A DNA stretch of 64,000 bases, taken from assembly GCA_028534125.1 (NCBI GenBank), contig CM052822.1:78244001-78308000 (forward strand), read 5' to 3'. The DNA comes from Lama glama (Eukaryota). Below, one piece after another: positions 13,060 to 23,480 of this stretch. The translations under genes and the position numbers were made by a program. The notes below the pieces were generated by a model. That model was not told the DNA's origin and ran no database searches. It was given only the letters and a program-made list of their open reading frames with translations. Positions within the stretch are counted from its first letter, which is position 1. Each line of letters begins with the position of its first letter.

Positions 13060-13760
13060 GTCCTGGTCCTGGCTGGGGGCTGGACGGGTCCTGAGGCTAC
13101 AACTGCTCGTGTTTTACCTTTATAAGAAAACTACAATTTTACTTCTTTTTAAAAAAATAGAATTAAAAGTTTAGTTAACACTTTAAAGATTGTTTGTTTA
13201 TGAATTATATTTTGTCTAATAACTATCGTAGTTCGTTTTGAAAATTTTAAAGAAACATTTGTTTTATAATAGCTTATTTTGAATATTTTAAAGAAAAATA
13301 TTAATTATATTTTGTTTTATAATAGTTCATTTTGAATTTTTAAAATACGACTTTTTGAAGGCATATAATTCTAATTTTCAATTTCATATGTATATTTTTG
13401 ATAAAATTGCTTTCACATTTTATACATTGTATGAAGTTACAGTTGGATCATTTCTGTCTAAATGCAGTTTTATGAAAATCTTTGTTAAACAATATTATTA
13501 ATAATTTTGTAAACCAAAGTGAAGAAAATATATTTACAAATATGTTCATAAATTTATTGTATTTATACACAATAATTTAGGAATTACATATGTCTTTAAC
13601 TCAATGCTCATCCAAACTCCGCTCAGCCAATAAGAGAACCACCAATAATTCAGTCCAACTGTCCTTTATATTCGGCTGATTTTCAGAAACAAAACCCATA
13701 GCTTTATGCATATTTAAACTTTCTTTTCATTATGAAAGTATAGTTTCCAAGTATGAAGGC
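13060..13760. mobile_element. Very AT-rich block, possibly a hAT (Tip100-like) DNA transposon relic
   Basis: Abrupt switch to very AT-rich sequence. The left edge (gggtcctgaggctacaac...tttataagaaaactacaattt) loosely resembles MER53/Zaphod-type termini. Family assignment is uncertain. Confidence 0.35.
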
Positions 13761-13849
13761 GGAATGTTAACAGCTCATTCTCCTGCTGTAGACTTTTCAC
13801 TATTACAAACCCGGCAGGGCTTCCTTTCGTGCTCTGCAGGGTCCCCCCT

Positions 13850-14285
13850 GTGGCCTCAGGCTCCTGCCACGGGAGTCAGGCCTTCAGATCCGAACCTGGG
13901 ACGCGGCCCTGCCAGCCGGCCGCTCCTTCCAGCCTGGGCGCTCCTAGGAGTGGGCTCTCCTGCCTCGGGGCCTCTGCACTCGCTACCTGTTTCCCGGGCT
14001 TAGAATGCTCACCCCCAGTGTCTATGGGACTCCCCTCCTCCACGTCTCAGCTGTTAAGTCACTTTATTGCCACCCAGCGTCAGCCCATCTCCCACCCCTC
14101 CCCACCAGCTTCCTTTTTCTGCAGAGCGGTTGTCCCATCCAACACAGTGTGCACTTACTTACCAGTTTTCCTGCCTAGAAGGCGGCTCAACAGAGCAGTT
14201 CTGTCCTATGAGGCAGGCAGCCCCGCGCCTGGGTCAGTGTCAGATCACCGGAGGCTCTCGGTGACTGTCTGTCAAGGGAACGGAG
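13850..14285 (+). mobile_element. L2 3' fragment, highly diverged
   Basis: Pyrimidine-rich body ending in an L2-like 3' end (ccccgcgcctgggtcagtgtcagatcaccggaggctctcggtgactgtctgtcaagggaa). Confidence 0.5.
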
Positions 14286-15439
14286 CCGTGACCCGCAGAG
14301 CGCATGAGGAAACTCAGCTCTTGCGGGAGGTTTCTGCGCCATCCCTCACTGTGACCGTGAGTTACCGTGTCATCACAGCCTCACGTGTGCGGGTCCTTTC
14401 CACACCCGTGGTTGGACTTTCTGAATAAGCATCGAAGCAGAGAAGACGTCTAGGCTGCCTGCTGGACTTGGAGTCCTCACCACCGGAGGCGGCCCTCCGG
14501 GCGCTCGGGCTCAGGACCGTCGGGCGCGTTCTCAGTCCCCCATCCCCACATGGCCGTGCGGGAGCTGCTGTCTGCATGTGGAGCAAACCGTGCAGGATGG
14601 CCTGTCAGGCCCTGGGCTGAGCGTCGCGGCAGGAGGGCACCTGGCGGCTCCTGAGACCGCGGGCAGGGCAGGTCCCCGCAGCGACACCCCTGCGCGGTGA
14701 CAACACAGTCGCCCCACGTTCTTCACTGGACGCTGCGCCATCTGAAGTAGAGTTTGGGTTTTCGCTGTCAGAAAGAATTAAAATAACCCTGGAACGTGGC
14801 TGCTCTCCAGACACCTGTTTACCAAAACCAGAGACACCACGTGAGGCTTTGCTCCAAAGGAGGGGAGGAGAGGGTGGGCGCCCCCGTCCTCTCTGGGGAT
14901 GGGGGGCGGGCAGCACCTCCTCCTGCAGGGAGGCAGGCTCGTCTGCTCCCAGCCAGGGTTCCAGAGGCCCTGAGCGGGGGCGCACCTCGTCGTCCCCCAA
15001 AGAGCCCACGTCACCGTGCAGGCGGGGAGGCCCGGCTGGGAGGGAGGAGCGGGCAGGGCACAGGCCAGCAGGACTCCCGTCAGGAGCGGCTGAGGCAGCC
15101 GGCTTCCTACACGGGTTTCCAGTTTGGGGAGACACCCCCTTAGATATTTAAAACAACGCAACGAGGCTGGTTTCTACGTAGCCCGAGGCTCACTGTGCAG
15201 AGGAAACAGCAGCGCTGCTGTGGTGGGTGAAATACTGCGTATGGCGTCCGTACATGTGAAACTCCGCGATTAGACGTGTGTCGCAGGCTTCTGGGAAGCA
15301 CCTCCCTTGTCGCTCATGATGACTTTCCCTTGACGGTTAGAAATATTTCTTCTGTTAGCTTGTAATTCAAAAGTATCCATACTTTATATTTATGTTTGAA
15401 GATTAGATGTTTCATAAAATATGTGTTGGTTATAAATAA

Positions 15440-18312
15440 TAAGACAGCACCTATCCAGGTAGCCACTCTCTGAAAAAGACGCGCAGCCTTAACATTCCAT
15501 CCGGCGCTCGGGGCTCCCCCACGGGGCGGATCAACTCCCCTGAGCTCTGGGGCGACGCTTCCCTTTTCTGCAGACCTGTCCACATACGTGCACACCGCTC
15601 ACTTTTGCTGGGCCCGAATGTACTGAGATGAGACACTGTCATGCGTGTCCTCCAGCTTGCGGCCCGTGCTGAGCCTCATGTCTCCGAGACCCGGAATTGG
15701 CTTTGCGTTGGCGGTGACTCATATCTGTTCACTGTCTCTGGCTGCGTTCATGATCTCAGCACATCCTGATCTGTTTCTCCCGCCAACTGTCCAAGCCAGT
15801 GGACCAGGGGCTGCTTCCTCTCCCTCCGCTCCTGATCGGCGTGGGCAGCCGTGGGCATCCCTGCCTGTGGCTCCAGGTGCACGGAGGGGATGTGCCCTGG
15901 TGGCGTTGCTGGGACAGAGCCCCAAACTGCTCATATCAACTCACACTCCTGCCACCCGCTCACAAACGTTCCTGCTGCTCCAGACCTGCGCCTGTTGTCA
16001 GACACTTGCCGGTTTGGGGGTGTCACGTTGCATCTCCCCATACTGTCAACTTGCGTTCCTCTGTTACAAGCCAGGCTGCATACCATGCGTGTGTCCTCGC
16101 CATTCCTGCCTCCTCTCACGTGAACCTTCTGCCACGCCTTTGCCCGTTTTCCTGTTGGGTTGTCTGCCTTCTTCCTGCTCTGTAGGAGGTCTGTAAACAT
16201 TCTGCACACTGAGACCTTGCCAGTTACGTGTGTTACTGTCTTATCCCCATTTGTGACTTGGCTTTTTATGTTTCTTAATGTTAATACAGTCTCATTTATC
16301 ATTTTCTTTAAGGTTTGCGCTTTGGGTATCTGGTTGCAAAACTTCTCTATCCCAAGATAGTAAAGATGTCGTTGTATATTTTCTTCTGAAAGATTTAGGA
16401 TTTGCCCTTCACGTGTACGTCTGACGTCCAGGGGCTGATTCTGTGGAGGAGAGGTTTTCTTCCAAGCAGACGCCTCGTTTTCGCAGCACAATTATGAGAA
16501 GGTCGTCCTTCCCCTGATCTGCGATGCCGACTCCATCAGGAACCAGTTCCACAGGAGGGCCGACTGCTGGGGTCCTGCTGCTGGGGTCCCGCTGTCTCTG
16601 CGAGCCCAGGCCTGCCCCGTCTCCAGCCCCACGCCGGTACCGGCTGCACCCCAGGACGGCAGGCCCCTCTCCCCGCTTCCTGGAGGGGGTGCTCTGGCTG
16701 CTCCAGCCCTTTGCACCAAGACACTTTAGAATCAGCTCATCAAGCTCCCAAATAAACATAAAAAATAAAACACAAAAATAAACAAAGCTGCTGGGGTCTT
16801 TGTTAAAATTTTTTTGACTCAGGAGGTTTGGGGAAATTAACATCTTCAGTCCCAGTCTGTGCGTGTGTAATCTCTCCACACGTTACGGCTTTCTTTCACG
16901 TCTTTCAAACACGTTTCATAGTTTTCTCCATAAAGGTCTTGCATTTGAAAATATTTATTCCTAGTACCTTTTTTTTATTCTATGGTAAACAATTACCATT
17001 TTTTAAACTATATTTTCTAATTTTTTTCTAAGTATAGAAATACAATTGATTTTTGCACGTGACTTCATACATGGCAAACTTTCTCCGCTATCTGACCAAT
17101 TCTATTAAATTATCTGGTTCTTCCTCTGTGTTTCTGAGTGAGTGAATCGCCTGTCAAAGCAACGTGTTTCTTTCTTCCTTCCTCCACCTTCCTTCTGTTT
17201 CCTGCTTGGCCGGTGCCGCCGTGGCTCCTGCAGCACAACAGGCACACACACCGTCTTGCTGCTGCTCCTACGGGGGCACGTCCAGTGCTTCACCGTGAAG
17301 CATGATGCTTCTGCAGGACTTTATCAGGTTGACAAACTCATCCTGTTTTGCTAAGCATTTTTATTATGAATGAACTTGCTAAGTTTTAGCAAATGCTTTT
17401 ATCTACATCTGCTCGGATGGCCAAATGAGGTTTCTTCTTTAATCTATGAATGTGGTAGGTTATGTTCATCATCTTCCTGATGTGAAAACTTAAACTCTTC
17501 ACGACGTAGTCTTTAAATAAGTTGCCAGCTTCACCTTCTTGTGTTTGGTTCAGCTTGTGCACCTGTGTTTCAGAGGAAATTTGTCCCTAATTTCTCTTCC
17601 TTGCACCGTCATTGCTGAGTTTTGGTAGCAGGGTTCTCCTGACCTCAGAAGGCGAGAAGCCCGGGAGTTTTCTGCAAGACAGGGTTCACCTGAACATGCG
17701 GAGTATCTGCTTATAAAATACGCGGGCCTGGGGTTTTCCTTGTGGGAAGAACGTCAACTACTAATTCAATTTCCTCTTTGGTTACAGGATCATGAAAGTC
17801 TCCTGCTTTGTCATTTTGGTCACGATGTCTGCATGCTGAAGTGAACTCTCACGGCACTGCCGTCCCTCTGCCGACCTCCTCTACGCTAGAGCCCCCGTGT
17901 GCACACCCCACTTGTCATGCCCAGTGCTGTTCCGCCTTCCTCCCTTATCTTGATGTTTATGATAGAGGTTTCTCAATTTTATTAGTTCTTCCCAAGAAGA
18001 AGTATTATTTGCCTGTCTTCCGTTGTGTTTGCTCTCTATCTCGGTCATTTCTGCTTTTATCTTTATTATTTCCTTCCTTCCACTTTATTGGGGTTTATTA
18101 TGTTGTTTTTTTTCTTATTTCTTAAATTTAAAATGTAGTCAATGTTCGAAGTCTTGTTTCCTTTCTAATATGAACAGTTGAAGCAACAAGCTTCTTTCAA
18201 CGTGCTGTTTTTAAAGCAAACCCTCGGGTATTAAAATATACCTCAGTGTTTCTATTATCCATTATCGCTGAACTGTATTTTTAAAATTTCCGTTTTGATG
18301 TATGCATTCTCC

Positions 18313-18343
<31 letters not shown>

Positions 18344-20310
18344 CATATAAAACTTTTTGTGTCTCATAAACAACATACATATTTTTCCAGTCTGTAAATC
18401 TCTGTTCTGATTGGGACTTCTGTTCATTTACATTTATTGTGATTCCTCACATATTTGAATTCACTTCTAACAGCCTCTGCTGCCTTTATGTTTAAACGTG
18501 ACACTCCGTTTCCACGTTCAGTGGTCTCGCAGAGACCTCTGTGTCCCCAGGGAGCAAACGCTCACGTTAGTGAAGACCAGCTCTGTTCCTAAGCGTCCAG
18601 AGACCCTGAGCACTCCCACCCAGCAGCCTCACCTCCATTCAAACGCTACTGTTTCCACCCCCACTGTCTCAGCACTACCTTGTTTCTGGCCTTGCAAGGC
18701 TTTACTGCACACGGCAGACGCTGTCCCCACATTTGCGGCTCTCTTTGCTCCTTGTTCTTCTGCACCCCAGGTCTTCCTTAGGGGCTTACTTTCTTTTGCA
18801 TGTGGTAAATCTTTAGAATTAACTTAAATGAAAATCTCTTGGTGACAAACTCTTTTTTTTTTTCCCCTGAAAGTATCTTTATTCAGCCCTTACCTTTAAG
18901 CCGTCAGTTTTGGACAGCACTTTTTCTGGGTACAATTTGAGGTGGACAACAATCTGCCAGTGATGTGACGACGTTGCCCCCCCCCCCCCATCTTCTGGTT
19001 CGTTTGGCTGCTGAGACATCAGCGGCGACTCAAACTCCCGTGCCTTCCTGGGCAGCTGTCTCTCATCCTTGGCTGACTTCACGGTTCTTGCTTTGCCTTG
19101 GGCGTTCTGCAGTCTCACTGCTGTGAATCCAGATTTGAAACTGTGTTCACGCCAACAGACTTCTTGAATCTGAGGACTGGTGTCGTCCTTCAGTGAGATT
19201 CTGAGAAATTTCAGCTTCTTTACCTTCAGATGTTTTCTCTTGACCACTCGAGGGGGACTGTCTCCGGGAACTTCCACTAAGCGTGTAAGATTTTCTTGCT
19301 TTGTCTTCTAGGCGTACGTACTTTGTTTCTTTTCTTTTCATGTTTTCTATTTCGTTCTCTCTCTAGGCTGCATTCTGGATAATTTATTCAGTTTCATGTT
19401 TTAGTTCACTAATTCTCTCTTCAGCTAGATTTAAACACTCCTGAGTTTAAAATTTCCATTATTATGTCTTTCATTTAATAATTCAATTCTTTTAAAAAGC
19501 ACTTCTGGTCATTGTCAGGCTCTTGGCTGCTGGTTCACATCTCCTCCCCCTCTTCGTTCCTGTAAACAGGTAAGACTCTGGAATTCATGTTCCACGTCTA
19601 CGAGTCTGAGGTTTGCTTCTGTCCCTGCTTTCAGATGACCTTTCACACGCTGCCTTGTTCCACAGCATGTACTGAAACCCCTGTTTCTTGGGATTTTGTC
19701 TGTGGGAGTCCTTTGCGGACAGAGGAAGGAACGAGTCCTTGAGAGGATGTGCATGTCCTTCTTCTAGGCTTCAGGACGCTCTACCAACGCAGGACCAGCT
19801 TAGATTGAGTTGCTTTCTTGGGGCGTGGGGCCACCAGGCGGCGTACAGGTGGACAGCACACTCCTGTGGGGCTCTGTGCCCCGTGCCACCCCACACCCGG
19901 TGACCATGCTGGACACAGGAGCACCCTCCTCAGGGCAAGCAGGGGTCAGCTGGGGCTGCCCTCACCCCTGTGATCTTGAGTGGCCCAGCTGCATGTGGCC
20001 GGCCCTCACCAGCCTCATCATGGTAGTCTGGCCCAGCTGTCCCCTGCCCTCCACAGTCCACGGGGTCATGCATGCAGAAGTTCAAGTTCAGCTTGGTTTG
20101 GAAAATGCCCTCAAGATAAAGGTTAACGTCGGCGTCCCTTACATCCCGGGTTCCTGCTTTTAGTTAGTTTGGGATCTCTAAGAACTTGAATATTGCCAAA
20201 TACCTAGTATGTTTAAAATTGTCTATTTCTTCATTTTCCAGCATTTTGGTTGTTTTCTGAACGAGGGTCTGTCCCAGTGTCTGGTTCTCTCAGTGATGAA
20301 ATGGAAGGCC
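15440..20310 (-). mobile_element. Ancient, internally deleted L1M (L1ME-like) retaining 5' end, ORF1, ORF2 and 3' UTR remnants
   Basis: Minus ORF 15931-16491 (LNLSEENIQRHLYYLGIEKF..PKAQTLKKMI..NPTGKRAK) resembles the L1 ORF2p C-terminus. Minus ORF 18879-19277 (PQIQE..VRLQNAQGKARTVKSAKDERQ..LYPEK) resembles ORF1p. 20230-20307 resembles the reverse-complemented L1M 5' terminus. Confidence 0.8.
18313..18340. repeat. (CT)8(AT)6 compound microsatellite
   Basis: ctctctctctctctctatatatatatat read directly. Confidence 0.9.
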
Positions 20311-21330
20311 AGCCACCCTCCGGGAAGCCCTTGTCCACTCCTGACTGCTCCACACTCTGGAAGGTCAGCTAACTCAGTGGGCTCTGAGCAAAACCGTGTG
20401 GACTGCTAAATATGAGGTACGGTAGACACTAGATGACATAGCAGTTTTATGTCACGCTGAGCGTAACTGCCGGTAAGCGTGTATAAAAGCGTCAGAGGAG
20501 TGAACGCCTGAGACGGGCCGCAGGAGCACCTGTCTGGACAGGGAGACAGGACTTCAGCACTCCCCACCCCTGACGCCCAGTGCCCCGGCTCTGGACTGGG
20601 TCCCGCCACCCGCCACCCGCACTTCCCTGCAGACTCCGTCTGTCTCCAGCTCCTCGGGGGAGCAATGCTGGCCCTAAGGGCCACACCCCAAGCCATCCCT
20701 GCTCTCAGACCAGCGGTTCTCAGTGCAGCTGTGGGCGGTTCAGCCAGGCGTCTAGGCCATTTTTCGCTTCAGGACTCAGATCACAGAGAAGGTTCAACAT
20801 GACAAACACCCCCTCCTACCACCTTCGTCATGAACAGGGAGGTGAGGGTGGCCCCGAGCAGTCGTTGGGGGCATGAGAGACAACGTGCCAGGCACTGCCA
20901 TGCCGGGTCCCGAGATGGGTCGTGGTACCTCATCAGCAGGGCACTCGCTCGGATCCAAGGACCCCCTCAAAACCAGTGCAAACCCGGGGCTGCCCTCCAC
21001 CCACACGTGGCCCTTGCAGCGGGAGCCTGGAGTCCCTGCTTTCACTCCAAGCCCGCGTCTCTCTCTTTACTGCCTTTGCTAAGTGAAGCATCACACACGG
21101 TCCAGGCTCAGGCGCAAGAGTGCGCGCTGGGGAGCCATCCTCTCCATGGAAACTGCGAGTCCTGGGCGGCAGACCCCACACCTCAGGGTCCCAAGACAGG
21201 CTCTCGAGGCCTCGTCTTCCACCTCGGCCGAGCACACAAAGGAGGCGTTCATCTGCCCGGCATCCTGGGCTTCAGGGAGGCACGGCTCTGCTGCACGGTG
21301 ACAATAATGACAGGCCGGTAAAAGCTATGT

Positions 21331-21493
21331 NNNNNNNNNNNNNNNNNNNNNNNNNNNNNNNNNNNNNNNNNNNNNNNNNNNNNNNNNNNNNNNNNNNNNN
21401 NNNNNNNNNNNNNNNNNNNNNNNNNNNNNNNNNNNNNNNNNNNNNNNNNNNNNNNNNNNNNNNNNNNNNNNNNNNNNNNNNNNNNNNNNNNNN
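21331..21493. other. Assembly gap (N run)
   Basis: 163 N. Confidence 1.
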
Positions 21494-22111
21494 TATCTTC
21501 AACAATTTTCCACGCGTGGGTCCTGGCAAACCGCTCGCTCAGTCAGTGACGGGGGAGGGAGGGACCCTGGTGCGTCGGAGACACAGAAATCTGTCTCCTG
21601 CTCGTTCATCTCCAGACATTAAAGTGAGCAGGGAGAGCAGGGGCTAGGAGCTCATAATAATAAGATTTTCCACCAGTTTCGCTATGTAATTGGCTTTCCC
21701 AAAGCAAATTGCAGTGAAATCTGACGAAAGTGTTTTTATTAAACACATCTAAACAGCCACATTCCCTCATCAACACATTTTTTGACAACTCTCAGCCACG
21801 AGGCCTTGAGCCTGTCCCCGCAAGAGCCTTCTCTCCAGACACACAGCCGCAGTTTCAGGTTCTGAGTTTTCTCACAATTTTTTTTTAAAGCTATTAGCAA
21901 CGACACAGGTAGAGACGTGTTTTTGATAAGGTGAACCTGATGTTACACCAGGCCTCCACCGCATCCAGCGTGGGGGCCAGGTGACCTCGATGCCCTCCTG
22001 ACACGAGGGAATTTGTTTGACTCCTGAAGGTGATCGTTAGAAATATGCAGATCCAAACGAGTTTTGAAAAGTCTGAAGAACTTAAAGCAGTGAATACAGG
22101 TTCCAACTCAC

Positions 22112-22135
22112 TCGAGAACAGGAAGCCAATAGGAT
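22112..22135 (-). CDS. PTPRN2: Candidate 24-nt alternative microexon of PTPRN2 (in-frame DPIGFLFS insertion)
   Basis: Minus strand ...tctgccttgtgccctgtag|ATCCTATTGGCTTCCTGTTCTCGA|gtgagt. Length is a multiple of 3 and it is stop-free in the phase-1 frame of the host intron. TGC at -10 and -17; no AG for ~130 nt upstream. Confidence 0.65.
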
Positions 22136-22324
22136 CTACAGGGCACAAGGCAGACGGTGAAAGAACCGGAAGGAAGCGTGGGGGGCGGAGCGAGCGCAGA
22201 CAAGACGGCAAACACATACGCGCGTCGTCACGACAACCAGCGCAAACGGCGACGGGACGCCCGCACGGCTGAGCAGACGTGGGCCTGAGGGCAGGCCTCT
22301 GCAATTCCCAGGCTGCATTCCCGA

Positions 22325-22640
22325 ATCATAACCTAATAAAATCGGAAATCTATAACCCCAGAAAAATAAACCCTCCAGTCAGCTGGGCACTGAAAGGCAC
22401 ACTCTTCAGTGAGTCTCAGGTCAGAGCAAAAATCAAAACTATGGTTGCGGGTCCTTAGAAAACAGCGGTGATGGGGCTGGACAGACCTGAGCCGGGGCGA
22501 GGTGGGGCGCGCCCCACGGCGGCGGGCGGGACGCCGACACTCCCCTACCACGGGAAGGAGCGGCCCCGCAAAACCAGGCCGCCGGTTAGGGAGTCGGACA
22601 GCGACCACTCAGGGAGGACTGGAAGCAGGTGATGAAGGTA
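22325..22640 (+). mobile_element. Degraded L1 ORF2 fragment
   Basis: aataaaatcggaaatctataac...gcacactcttcagtgagtctcaggtcagagcaaaaatcaaaa resembles L1 ORF2 just after the endonuclease domain. Confidence 0.5.
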
Positions 22641-22643
22641 TAA

Positions 22644-23143
22644 NNNNNNNNNNNNNNNNNNNNNNNNNNNNNNNNNNNNNNNNNNNNNNNNNNNNNNNNN
22701 NNNNNNNNNNNNNNNNNNNNNNNNNNNNNNNNNNNNNNNNNNNNNNNNNNNNNNNNNNNNNNNNNNNNNNNNNNNNNNNNNNNNNNNNNNNNNNNNNNNN
22801 NNNNNNNNNNNNNNNNNNNNNNNNNNNNNNNNNNNNNNNNNNNNNNNNNNNNNNNNNNNNNNNNNNNNNNNNNNNNNNNNNNNNNNNNNNNNNNNNNNNN
22901 NNNNNNNNNNNNNNNNNNNNNNNNNNNNNNNNNNNNNNNNNNNNNNNNNNNNNNNNNNNNNNNNNNNNNNNNNNNNNNNNNNNNNNNNNNNNNNNNNNNN
23001 NNNNNNNNNNNNNNNNNNNNNNNNNNNNNNNNNNNNNNNNNNNNNNNNNNNNNNNNNNNNNNNNNNNNNNNNNNNNNNNNNNNNNNNNNNNNNNNNNNNN
23101 NNNNNNNNNNNNNNNNNNNNNNNNNNNNNNNNNNNNNNNNNNN
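22644..23143. other. Assembly gap (N run)
   Basis: 500 N. Confidence 1.
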
Positions 23144-23480
23144 GTGAGGGGGATACAAAATGGTGCAGCCACTCTGGAAGACAGTTTGGTGGTTAGTTAC
23201 AAAACTCAACACAACCTCAGCACAGGATCCAGCAATCGTGCTCCCGGCATTAACCCACAGGAAGTGAGAACTCTGCACACACAAACCCTGCATGTGGATG
23301 TTTACAGCAGCCTTACCGTAACTGCTAAAACCTGGAGGCAACCAAGACGTCCTTCAGCAGGTGAATGGATAAACTGGTACACCCAGACGACGGAGAGGAG
23401 GTATATGGGAACTCTCTCCACTTTTTACTCAATTTTTCTGTAAACATACAACTGCTCTAAACCTAAAGCCGATTAAAAAT
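23144..23480 (+). mobile_element. L1MC1-like ORF2 end / 3' UTR with internal deletion
   Basis: aaaatggtgcagccactctggaagacagtttgg...ggatccagcaatcgtgctcc...ggaggcaaccaagacgtccttcagcaggtgaatggataaact...ggtatatgggaactctct...aactgctctaaa. Confidence 0.85.
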
